Part shown: piece by piece, positions 9,383 through 18,863 of the stretch
How positions within the stretch are numbered: position 1 is the stretch's first letter
Layout: every line of letters begins with the position of its first letter
Assembly: GCA_050251875.1 (NCBI GenBank)
Contig: JBFWMA010000003.1
Span: 192,001 to 256,000, forward strand
DNA: 64,000 nucleotides
Source of the DNA: Deferribacterales bacterium
Lineage (GTDB): Bacteria; Chrysiogenota; Deferribacteres; Deferribacterales; Geovibrionaceae
Direction of reading: 5' to 3'
The notes under the pieces: model-generated
Told to the model about the DNA's origin: nothing
The model's database searches: none
The model's input: only the letters and a program-made list of their open reading frames with translations
Made by a program: the position numbers and the translations under genes

Positions 9383-10306
9383 GGCTGATGCTATCATTTC
9401 GGGCGTGATGCTTTTCATACAGCGGAAATGTCCCTCAGGACAGGCGTCCAGTCCGTGGACATGGCAGGGACGGCAGGTCAGGTCATTATTTTCCACAACT
9501 TTTACCCCGCTGAATTCAGGATAAAAACCAAAATGTTTCGTGGTGCTGCCGAATATCGCCACCGTGGGTCTGTTCAGCGCCACGGCTATGTGCATGGGTC
9601 CCGAGTCCGTGGTTATCACCGCCTCGCATGACGCTATGGTGTCGAAAAGCTCCCTGATGGATGTCTTGCCCGTCTTGTCTATGGCTCCGGTCACATCAGG
9701 CGCTTTGCCGTCTCCGGCGAAAACGGGAGTATACCCTTTCTGAACCAGAAGCTCCGCCAGTTCCTTTATAAACGGATAGGTCTTTGTGGTTTTGCTGGCG
9801 AAGGGATGTATCAGTATGTGTCTTTTCTCCGGTGCTTTATCGGAGAAGAGCGCGGGACGGAGTTCTTCCACATCGGGCATTTCCAGCCCGAAGGTTTTTG
9901 CGAGAGGCTCGAAATATTTCAGAGTGACGTGCATGCCCAGTCTGGGTGTATCTTTTCTGCTTTTCACATATTTTCGTCTGGCGGATGAATCCTTGACGTA
10001 TCTGTGATATTGGGCGGGAGAGGTGAACCTCAGCAGCATGGAGAGGGGCTTTGAGTGCAGGTCGATTATGTGGTCGTATTCGTCCAGCTCGTTCTGTATC
10101 AGCCCGAAATATGATTTCAGTCCAGATGACTTGTCATAGCAGTAGACTTTGTTTACAAAATCCAGCCCATCGAAAACATCACGGAAACGGCAGTATGTAA
10201 GAACATCCGCCTGGGCTTGCGGAAAAATCTCTTTGAATTTTTTTATAACGCCTGTCGTCAGGATGATATCGCCCAGCGCGCTGAAGCGCACGAAGAGTAA
10301 TTTCAT
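9356..10306 (-). CDS. Glycosyltransferase family 9 (ADP-heptose:LPS heptosyltransferase)
   Basis: VRFSALGDII, DSGPMHIAVAL, IFGST, CRPCHVHG...C...C. Confidence 0.9.
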   Translation of the reverse strand: MKLLFVRFSALGDIILTTGVIKKFKEIFPQAQADVLTYCRFRDVFDGLDFVNKVYCYDKSSGLKSYFGLIQNELDEYDHIIDLHSKPLSMLLRFTSPAQYHRYVKDSSARRKYVKSRKDTPRLGMHVTLKYFEPLAKTFGLEMPDVEELRPALFSDKAPEKRHILIHPFASKTTKTYPFIKELAELLVQKGYTPVFAGDGKAPDVTGAIDKTGKTSIRELFDTIASCEAVITTDSGPMHIAVALNRPTVAIFGSTTKHFGFYPEFSGVKVVENNDLTCRPCHVHGLDACPEGHFRCMKSITPEMIASALGGISTSD

Positions 10307-11341
10307 CTAATCAGCCTTAACGGTTTCATATCTGCCGGGCGCCACACGTTTTTCTTCTCTGTCCAGCAGCTTGATAACATCTTCGGAGGATATTTCCAGC
10401 ATACATTTGAAGTGTTTTTTCGGGCATTTTTTATGACCGTGCAGTCCGCAGGGACGGCAGGAGAGTCCTTCCACCTCTGCCACACGACTCTCTTCGTCAT
10501 AGGGGGTGAAGCCAAGATTTTTCACCGTGGGACCGAATATTGCAACGCATCTCACTCCGGCGGCAACGGCTATGTGCATGGGTCCGGAGTCGTTTGTCAC
10601 CAGCAGGCTGAAGCAGGATATCAGAGCGGGGAGCTCCTTCAGCGATGTCTTGCCGCAGAGATTGATGTGCTGGTGTTTAGCCGATTGAATAAGTCTTTCG
10701 GCGGCGGGTACGTCATCCGGCGATCCTATTATCACGGGGGTGTACCCCTTCTCTTTCAGGTGGTCTGCCACCTCGGCAAACCTTTCAGCGGGCCACATCT
10801 TGGTCGCCCAGACGCTTCCGGGGGCTATGCCCACCAGCTTTTCGCCCAGAGAGGCGAAACGTTCTTTTGCCTGCTGATCTATATATACCGCCAGAGGAAA
10901 TTTTTCGGGAAGCTCCTGAAACGCCGCCTCGTAAAGAAGCATGTTTCTCTGAACCTCGTGCAGATCCATGTCACGGGCACGGGTGGCGGTGAGCAGTGTG
11001 GACATCGCCCCCTCCACGAAACCAATGCGGACAGGGATTTTTGCCAGAAAGATAGTGAGATTTGTGCGGATGGATTTATGAGGCGCTATAACCATATCGA
11101 AGTTTTTTTCTTTCAGAGTATCGGCGAAGCGGAACATACCGCCTATGCCGGCGTCTTTACCCCTTTTGTCGAAGGCGATCACTTCGTCTAAAAACGACAG
11201 CCCCTGAAAGAGAGGCACATATTCCGGGCGCACGCAGAATGCGATGTAAGCATCCGGATGTTTTTTTCTCACTGCCTGAATCAGAGGAGTGGTAAGCACG
11301 CTGTCGCCGAGAAAAGAGGGGTTAAATATCAGTATTCTCAT
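10307..11341 (-). CDS. waaF: LPS heptosyltransferase II, GT9
   Basis: PSFLGDSVL, APGSVWATKMWP, TNDSGPMHIA, CRPCGLHG. Confidence 0.8.
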   Translation of the reverse strand: MRILIFNPSFLGDSVLTTPLIQAVRKKHPDAYIAFCVRPEYVPLFQGLSFLDEVIAFDKRGKDAGIGGMFRFADTLKEKNFDMVIAPHKSIRTNLTIFLAKIPVRIGFVEGAMSTLLTATRARDMDLHEVQRNMLLYEAAFQELPEKFPLAVYIDQQAKERFASLGEKLVGIAPGSVWATKMWPAERFAEVADHLKEKGYTPVIIGSPDDVPAAERLIQSAKHQHINLCGKTSLKELPALISCFSLLVTNDSGPMHIAVAAGVRCVAIFGPTVKNLGFTPYDEESRVAEVEGLSCRPCGLHGHKKCPKKHFKCMLEISSEDVIKLLDREEKRVAPGRYETVKAD

Positions 11342-11413
11342 GTTCTTCCTGTCTGTGGTTTTTTATGAAATATACAGGCGGAGTGGTTTTTTATCAATAG
11401 GTACATGGAGGCG

Positions 11414-11446
11414 AAAAAAAAGCCCCGCCTTTTGACAGACGGGGCC
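11414..11446 (-). terminator. Intrinsic terminator of the large surface-protein gene
   Basis: Minus strand GCCCCGTC-TGTCAAAA-GGCGGGGC followed by T8. Confidence 0.85.
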
Positions 11447-11471
11447 ATGGGGACTTATGTTGCTAACAGGA

Positions 11472-14400
11472 TCAGAATCTGTAAACAGCGGAGAGTGAAA
11501 TCACTTTACCGCCCAGATCAACCCTGTCATCAGAACCGTCTATGTGTGTTACGTCCTGTTTGTTGTAAAGATATCTGGCTGAAGCAGTCATAGCGCATAC
11601 TGCGGAGAAGGGTACTGTGTAGCCTATCTCTGCGAAGTATCCCAGTGTGGAGGCGCTGTCTGAGCCGTCTTCCAGATCAACATAGTTATAGTACATTCCG
11701 CCGCCGGCTGAAACTGACAGGTTTTTGAATATTTCATATTCAAGCCCCAGTTCAGCGCCTTTTGTGTCGGCGGTTATTTCGTTTTCGCCTTCCAGAGCGT
11801 TGTATTGCAGAGCTCCGACAGCGGAGAGTCCGCCGACTATTGATTTGGAGGCTTTAACGAAAACGTTGTATCCGCCGTCCATGTCTTTAGCGTTGGGGAT
11901 AAAATATCCTGCTCCGGCAGAAACGGAAATTCCGTCCTGTGCGCTGGCTGTTGCCGCTGTGAGTGTTATCAGGGCAGCTACTGCCATTTTTTTAGCGGAG
12001 AACTTCTTTCTGAAGAGCGCAGCGAACATTCCTGCCAGTACGAGGATCAGGAGCGCGTCTGTGCTGTTTCCGGCCGCTGAACATCCGCCGCCGCCGTGAG
12101 CGCCGAAGATGCCTGTGTCGGTTGATCCGCCGCCTGAGTCGCCGGAACCGCCGTCTTTAGAAAGAGTCAGCTCGGAGAAGTGGTTGATTGTTACCACATA
12201 CACGTTCTCTGTCGAGTCATAGTACCAGTAGCCGTCAGCGTTTGTGCTTGTGCCGCCGTATGCTACCTCGTCCAGCCTGTTTCCGCTGAGGAATATGCTC
12301 ACTTCGCCGTTTTCGTATGTCAGCTCGTTGGCGCTGAGCCATACTGTCAGGGGAGAAGAGAGAGTGTGTATAACGTTGCCTACGCCGGCTCCGTTGGAGA
12401 TGAACATGGTAACGTCAAAGTTGGCTGTGTTGTTTGTAATCTCCTGAGCCTGAACAAGCAGACCTATGTCTGATGAGTCAACGGGGTTTCCGTTTTCGTC
12501 CTCGGCATCGGGGAAGTTGTCCATGTCTTTAAATATAAGGTAAGAGTCGCCGTTATCAATTTTTACCTCAGATACTGTGGTGTTGTTGATAACATTGCCC
12601 ACGTTAACCTGAGCCACTGTGTTGACTGTGACGGTTTCACCTGAGCCGTTTGTTTTCTGAATGTTCAGCCCTGTCTGAACGTGCGCGGGATAGTTGTCTG
12701 TCAGAGCGTTCACAGAGTTGAGTATCTGTGTGGATACCGCTGTGGCGTTTTCTGTATCCAGATCGTCAGAGGGAATGTCTGTGCCTGTGGTTCCGTTGAT
12801 TACGTCCAGAACGGATGCGGGGCTGGCAACTGAGAAGCTGTATTCATCGGACGGTGTACCTATTCCTGTGGATGACAGGGGTGTCACTGTCCATGTGTAT
12901 GTTCCCTGAGGGAAAGCGATGGGGCATACCCACTCATAGTTCGCTCCGGCATCTGTGGATGTCAGCGCAGTGAGCTCAAGCTCCCAGTTGGGGATGTCCA
13001 CGTTTCCTGTTACGTTGATTCTGTATTTTGTCGCTCCGGTAACCACGCTCCACTTGAATGTGACATTCGATGTGGCGAGTGATGCTGACTCAGCGGGCAG
13101 AAGAGGTGTGGACTGTCCGAGAGTCACGTTTACGGAGGAGTTTTCTACTTTTGTTGTGACAGTGTAGTTCAGCGCTGTGGGTGAAACCACAGGCACGTTA
13201 AAGGAGTCGGAGTAGATTGAGGCATGCTGGGGAGCAGCCTTAACCTGAATCTGACATGTGCCGGCGGCAGCTATTGTGCGCTCTGAACATGTGTCTGAAA
13301 CAATGACAAAGGGGTTGGCGAGAATGTTGTTCTCTGCCGTTGTGCCGAAAGTGACGCTTGATCCGCTGACGTTTGTCAGGGTGACGGTTTTTGTTTCTGT
13401 CTGTCCGGCTGTCAGGTTATATGTCAGCGTCTGTGATGAGAATGTCACAGGGTTGCTCACCGCTGTCACTGTGAAAGTGGCATTGTTTGTGGCGCTGGGG
13501 TTGCCTGCGTCTGTCACTGTCAGCGTGATGGTGTCTTCAGTGCCGTTGGGAGCTGAAGCGGGTATTGTCACAGACACGGGAACGTCTGCGTATTCCATAG
13601 CGTTCAGCGTGACACTGGATGATCCGAGAGAATTGGTCCATGTGTTTGCGCTGGATGCTGTTATGTTGAATGTAGCGGAGGAAGAACCGAGGTTCTGCAC
13701 TCTGGCTGTGGTGTTGATAATCTGTCCGGGGACACCTGATTCGCTGGCGGGTGCGAAGATCTGGGCGATACCGCCGGGGCTGAATGTTTCATAGGCTATG
13801 ATGGTCCATGTGGCGCCTGCCGCCAGAGAGGCTTTGTTCCACTGGAGTGAGTAACCGGCGTCCACATATGTGGGGTCTGTGGAGTCTTCAAGCAGACCGT
13901 TCACCATCTGGTCGTTGTTATCGTCAAAGTTTCCGCCGAAATAATGAGATGCTGGAGTTGCGGGGTGCGCCATGAAGCTCATGTATGCTGTATCTGTCAC
14001 GTTTGAGTTTGTCAGATATACCATTTTCGCGCTGTTGCTGTAAAACGAGTTGGATGAGTCATCGTACCCGTAGTATGTATCGCCGCCATGAAAGAATTTA
14101 AGCGATGACTTAGCGGATGAAGAGAGGTTTTTTATCTCCCATTTCTTTTCATAGTATCTGTTGCCGTCCACATATGTGATGTAGGAGGTAATCTGAATAT
14201 CGCCGCCGAAAGCGGTGGCGACAGATTTAAGAGTTGTGTTGTTGACTATCTCTACTGATACGGGGGTGATGTCGCCGTCGCAGCTTCCTGTGAGGTAGCT
14301 TGAGCATTAAGATGTTCCGCCGATGTGGAGTACGTTGAGGAAGCTGGCTTCATCATAATACTGATAGTAGTATCCGGGTCCGCCGCCCAGAGATGTCATG

Positions 14401-14627
14401 TAGAGCGACACGGAAGGTGTGCCGTCATCGGCCAGAGCTACTATCAGCGGGCTGCCTTTCAGTGCCACCCAGTTGAGAGAGCTGTCAAGTTCAGCGCCAA
14501 CGCTATTGGCTATGCCGGCGCCTGTCAGCGCGCCGAGCGAGCTGTAGGTTGTGTTCGCAGCGTTTGCCGGGAAGGATCCGATAAGGATCATCATCAGCAA
14601 AGCTAATGTCCTGATAAATCTGAACAT
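11472..14627 (-). pseudogene. Large secreted Ig-like-domain surface protein with an internal Cys-type sorting signal and C-terminal outer-membrane beta-barrel; interrupted by one in-frame TAA (14307-14309)
   Basis: ORFs 14307-14627 and 11472-14171 share a frame, and the 45 intervening codons are open (CSSYLTGSCDGDITPVSVEIV...TYV); N-terminal signal peptide, Thr/Ser-rich beta-sandwich repeats, GGGGC-TM-RKK, barrel ending in YRF. Confidence 0.75.
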
Positions 14628-14691
14628 AATATCCTCCGAATAGAATTAAATATAGGTTCCCGCATAATGATAATATATTTCTATGTCTATT

Positions 14692-14716
14692 AAAATACCC
14701 ACACTATGGGTATTTT
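14692..14716. promoter_or_regulatory. Perfect 10-5-10 palindrome, probable operator
   Basis: AAAATACCCA-CACTA-TGGGTATTTT between the surface-protein gene and pheA. Confidence 0.45.
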
Positions 14717-14858
14717 TTCCGAACTGAGAGTGGTTTTTCCTATCGAAAATAGTTTTGATAAAAACTAATATGTTCTGTAACAGCCATTTAATATAGTATT
14801 TAAATTTTTTTTCTTGAAACGCTTGCTATAAGCAAGGTTGTCTGCTATTTTTCTACCT

Positions 14859-15929
14859 ATGGAAGAATTAGACAAACACAGACATAACATTGACGATATC
14901 GACCAGAAAATACTGGAGCTGCTGAACAAAAGGGCGAAAGAGGCCATGTCCATAGGCGAGATAAAGAAAGCCGCCGGAGAGCCTCTGTATGTTCCCTCCC
15001 GTGAGAAGAAGATTTTTGAGAGACTCACCGGGATGAACTCGGGTCCTTTTCCCAATGACGCTCTGCGCTCGGTCTACCGTGAGATAATCTCCGCCTCTCT
15101 GTCTCTGGAGGAAGTACAGAAGGTAGGATACTTCGGTCCTGAGGGCACATTTACAAACATGGCGGCTATAAAACAGTTCGGGCTTTCTGCCACACTTGTC
15201 CCCGTGAGAAATATCCCCGAGGTATTCGACAGCGTGGAGAGAGGCAGGCTGGCTTTCGGCGTGGTTCCTGTGGAGAACTCGCTGGAAGGCGTGGTTAACC
15301 ACACTCTGGACACGTTCACCACCAGCAATCTTAAGATATGCGGTGAGATTTATCTGGAGATCAGCCACAACCTGATGAGTAAGACAGGAAAGATGGACGG
15401 TATCAAAGAGATATACAGCCACTATCAGGCGCTGGGTCAGTGCCGTAAATGGCTGGCGCAGAACTGTCCCGATATCCCTGTTCACGAGATAGACTCCACA
15501 GCCAAGGCGGCGGAGCTGGCGGCAAAGGACGAAACCATCGCCGCTATATCCGGCGAGGCGGCACAGCTGAAATACGGTCTGCGTGTGGTGGAAAAGAGCA
15601 TCGAGGACAACCCCAATAACTTCACCCGTTTCCTGCTGATAGGCAGTTACGAACCGCTGCCCACAGGCAACGACAAGACATCCATAGTATTCTCTGTGGC
15701 GCACAGGGCGGGGTCTCTGTATGAGGCGCTCTCTGTCCTTGCCAAAGAGAACATAAATATGACAAAAATAGAATCCAGACCTTCGAGACAAAAGGCGTGG
15801 GAATACGTCTTTTTTGTTGACGTGGAAGGCCACATAGCGGATAACAAAATAAAAACCGCAATAGATGGTCTGAGCGAACATACGGCATTTTTAAAAGTGC
15901 TCGGCTCATACCCCAAGGGGGAAAAATGA
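14859..15929 (+). CDS. pheA: Chorismate mutase/prephenate dehydratase (P-protein)
   Basis: RHNIDDIDQKILELLNKRA, GPEGTFT, VPVENSLEG, NFTRF, ACT domain INMTKIESRP. Confidence 0.96.
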   Translation: MEELDKHRHNIDDIDQKILELLNKRAKEAMSIGEIKKAAGEPLYVPSREKKIFERLTGMNSGPFPNDALRSVYREIISASLSLEEVQKVGYFGPEGTFTNMAAIKQFGLSATLVPVRNIPEVFDSVERGRLAFGVVPVENSLEGVVNHTLDTFTTSNLKICGEIYLEISHNLMSKTGKMDGIKEIYSHYQALGQCRKWLAQNCPDIPVHEIDSTAKAAELAAKDETIAAISGEAAQLKYGLRVVEKSIEDNPNNFTRFLLIGSYEPLPTGNDKTSIVFSVAHRAGSLYEALSVLAKENINMTKIESRPSRQKAWEYVFFVDVEGHIADNKIKTAIDGLSEHTAFLKVLGSYPKGEK

Positions 15930-17023
15930 CAGATTACAAAAAACTTGCGGGGCAGGCAATTTGTGACATCGTGCCCTACAAACCCGGCAAGCCGGTAAAA
16001 GAGCTCGAAAGAGAGCTCGGAATCAAAGAGGCTGTTAAACTCGCCTCAAACGAAAACCCTTTCGGTCCTTCGCCTAAGGTGAAGACCGCCATCAAAGATT
16101 TCTTTCCCGAGATATCACGCTATCCCTTCGGAGACGCTCACTATCTCCGCACAAAACTGGCTGCAAAGCTGGAAGTTCCCGCTGACATGCTGCTTTTCGG
16201 AACAGGATCAAACGAGATAATCGAGCTCGCCATCCGTACATTTCTGAAAGACGGCGAACATGTAATCAGCCCCGCTCCTTCATTCTCCGTTTATTCTTCC
16301 ATAGCTCAGGCGGCGGGCAAAACATGCAAATGGATTCCGTGCAATGAGGATTTCTCATTCAATTTCAAGGCTCTGCTGGACGCGGTGGACGAGAAGACCA
16401 GAATGATCTTCATCGCCAACCCGAACAACCCCACCGGCGCCTATACAAAAGATAAAGACCTGAAAGCGTTCATGGAAAAAGTTCCTTCAGATGTTATCGT
16501 GGTTATGGACGAGGCTTATGTTGAGTTCGCTGACGCCAAGGATTTTCCCGATACCATGACATATCTGGACAAGTTCAAGAACATTTTCATCATGAGAACC
16601 TTCTCCAAAGCATACGGACTCGCCGCTCTGCGTGTGGGCTACTGTGTGGCGGACGCAATGGCTATCGACATGATGAACCGTGTGCGCCAGCCCTTCAACA
16701 CCAACATGGCGGGACAGGTCGCCGCTGAAGCCGCTCTGGAAGATCAGGCATATCTTCAGAAGGTTGTCAGAAAGAACAAGAAAGGCAGAAACTACATCCA
16801 GAAAGAATTCAAGAAAATGGGACTTAAATATATTCCCTCACAGTCCAACTTCGTATTGGTAGAAGTGGGCGACGGCGAGAAAGTATTTAACGAACTGCTG
16901 AAAAAAGGCGTTATCGTGCGTTACCTCGGACCGGGACTGAAACCCTATGTCAGAGTGTCCGTGGGAACAATGAGCGAAAACGAGTTTTTCATCGAACAGC
17001 TTAAAAAAGTTCTGGGAAAATAA
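15926..17023 (+). CDS. hisC: Histidinol-phosphate/aromatic aminotransferase
   Basis: KLASNENP, ANPNNPTG, DEAY, RTFSKAYGLAALRVGY. Confidence 0.95.
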   Translation: MTDYKKLAGQAICDIVPYKPGKPVKELERELGIKEAVKLASNENPFGPSPKVKTAIKDFFPEISRYPFGDAHYLRTKLAAKLEVPADMLLFGTGSNEIIELAIRTFLKDGEHVISPAPSFSVYSSIAQAAGKTCKWIPCNEDFSFNFKALLDAVDEKTRMIFIANPNNPTGAYTKDKDLKAFMEKVPSDVIVVMDEAYVEFADAKDFPDTMTYLDKFKNIFIMRTFSKAYGLAALRVGYCVADAMAIDMMNRVRQPFNTNMAGQVAAEAALEDQAYLQKVVRKNKKGRNYIQKEFKKMGLKYIPSQSNFVLVEVGDGEKVFNELLKKGVIVRYLGPGLKPYVRVSVGTMSENEFFIEQLKKVLGK

Positions 17024-18042
17024 TGATAATCGTATTTAAACCGGGCGCAGCCCAGACCGACATAGAATACGTTCAGAAGAAGCTGACGGAGTTCGGCTTC
17101 AAAACAAACGTGTCCGACAACAACGGTCGGGTTATCATGGGCGCCATCGGCGATGACAGGGCTCTGAGAGAAAAACCTCTGTTCACCATGCCGGGTGTGG
17201 AAAAGGTAGTGCCTATTTCCAAGCCTTATAAGCTGGTGAGCAAGGATTTCAAACGAACAGAAACAGTTCTGGACATCAAAGGAATAAAGATCGGCGGCGG
17301 AAACGTTGTCGTGATGGCGGGTCCCTGTTCCGTGGAGAACAGAGACATGCTCTTCTATCTGGCGGAGCGCACAAGCAAAGCCGGAGCAAAAATTCTCCGT
17401 GGAGGCGCTTTCAAGCCGAGAACATCTCCCTATGCCTTTCAGGGGCTGGGAGAAGAAGGGCTGAAATATCTGCGTGAGGCGGCGGACGCCCACGGCATGC
17501 TCGTCATAACCGAGCTGATGGATGTCAGGGATATGGATCTGATCTGTAAATACACCGACATCATCCAGATAGGCGCCAGAAACATGCAGAATTTTCGTCT
17601 GCTGAAAGATCTGGGAACGGTCAGAATCCCCGTGATGCTGAAAAGGGGGCTGTCTGCCACCATGAAGGAACTCCTCATGGCGGCTGAGTATGTCGCCGCC
17701 GGAGGCAATAACGAGATTATCCTCTGCGAGAGGGGCATCAGAACCTTCGAAACCGAAACCAGAAACACGCTTGATCTGTCGGCTATTCCCGTGCTGAAAA
17801 GCATGAGCCATCTGCCCGTAGTGGCTGACCCCAGCCACGGCACAGGACGCAGGGACTGTATCCTGCCCATGTCTCAGGCGGCTGTGGCGGCGGGGGCGGA
17901 CGGGATCATGGTAGAGGTGCATAACTGTCCCGAAGAGGCGCTGAGCGACGGCGACCAATCGATACTTCCGGATGATTTTGACGTTCTGATGAAACGTCTG
18001 GACATAATAGCAAATACCATAGGAAGAACACTTAATATCTGA
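17023..18042 (+). CDS. aroF: DAHP synthase type I-beta with N-terminal regulatory domain
   Basis: AGPCSVE, FKPRTSPY, QIGARNMQN, DPSHGTG. Confidence 0.95.
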   Translation: MIIVFKPGAAQTDIEYVQKKLTEFGFKTNVSDNNGRVIMGAIGDDRALREKPLFTMPGVEKVVPISKPYKLVSKDFKRTETVLDIKGIKIGGGNVVVMAGPCSVENRDMLFYLAERTSKAGAKILRGGAFKPRTSPYAFQGLGEEGLKYLREAADAHGMLVITELMDVRDMDLICKYTDIIQIGARNMQNFRLLKDLGTVRIPVMLKRGLSATMKELLMAAEYVAAGGNNEIILCERGIRTFETETRNTLDLSAIPVLKSMSHLPVVADPSHGTGRRDCILPMSQAAVAAGADGIMVEVHNCPEEALSDGDQSILPDDFDVLMKRLDIIANTIGRTLNI

Positions 18043-18863
18043 TGAAGATAACAAAAATAGCATTTGCGGGGCTGGGGCTCATCGGCGGGTCCCTCGCCCT
18101 GTCTTTTGCGGAAAAGAACATCAAACTAATTGCCTATGACAAGAACCCCGAATCTCTTGCGAAGGCCGCTGAAACGGGGCTTTTTGAATATCTGACCGAT
18201 GACGCTGAAACACTCCTGACCCTGGATTTCGACCTTTTGTATATCTGCCTGCCCGTGGCTTATGCCGTGGAGTTTATAGATATGCTGAAGGAGAAGGGAT
18301 ACAAAGGAGCCGTGACGGACGGCGGCAGTACCAAGACGGGCATAGTGAAAGCCGCTCAGGGGCTGAACTTTTGCGGCGGACACCCCATAGCGGGGAAAGA
18401 GGTATCCGGGTTTACCCACGCTCAGGCGGGGCTTTTCTCCGGAGCGTACCATATCCTGACTCCTGTTGAGGGAGGATTCGACCCGGCGCCTTTAAAAGAA
18501 CTGCACGAGATGATCGGCATGCGTGTGTGTGTTATGGACGCTGAGAGCCACGACAGGATTTTCGGGCTGATAAGCCACCTGCCCCATATCACTGCGTTTG
18601 CTCTGGTGCAGACTGTCTTTCACATAGACAGCGCCGCTCTGGAATACACAGGAGGCGGATTCAGGGATTTCACCCGTATAGCCGCCAGCGATAGTGTCAT
18701 GTGGGCGGATATATTTACCGGAAACAGCGAAAACATGCTGAAAATGATAGACGAATACATTCTTTCGCTCAATGAGTGGAAGTCAGCCATAAATAATAAA
18801 GATACCGATGCTTTACGCAGTATGATCGACAAGGCCGCAGGCATCAGGAGAGCTCTGAAATGA
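18042..18863 (+). CDS. tyrA: Prephenate dehydrogenase
   Basis: GLGLIGGS, DGGSTK, GGHPIAG, HD...ISHLPH, GFRDFTRIA. Confidence 0.93.
   Translation: MKITKIAFAGLGLIGGSLALSFAEKNIKLIAYDKNPESLAKAAETGLFEYLTDDAETLLTLDFDLLYICLPVAYAVEFIDMLKEKGYKGAVTDGGSTKTGIVKAAQGLNFCGGHPIAGKEVSGFTHAQAGLFSGAYHILTPVEGGFDPAPLKELHEMIGMRVCVMDAESHDRIFGLISHLPHITAFALVQTVFHIDSAALEYTGGGFRDFTRIAASDSVMWADIFTGNSENMLKMIDEYILSLNEWKSAINNKDTDALRSMIDKAAGIRRALK

Noticed and set aside
11472..11939. Classical autotransporter
   Set aside because: The barrel is only about 155 aa and is separated from the passenger by two hydrophobic helices and a basic loop.
14307..14309. Selenocysteine or pyrrolysine recoding of the internal stop
   Set aside because: The codon is TAA, not TGA or TAG.
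14868..18063. Long antisense ORFs (337 aa and 372 aa) opposite pheA and aroF, and similar ones opposite gpmI, hemB, the TonB receptor and the permease
   Set aside because: These are shadow frames of well-conserved genes with no recognisable motifs.
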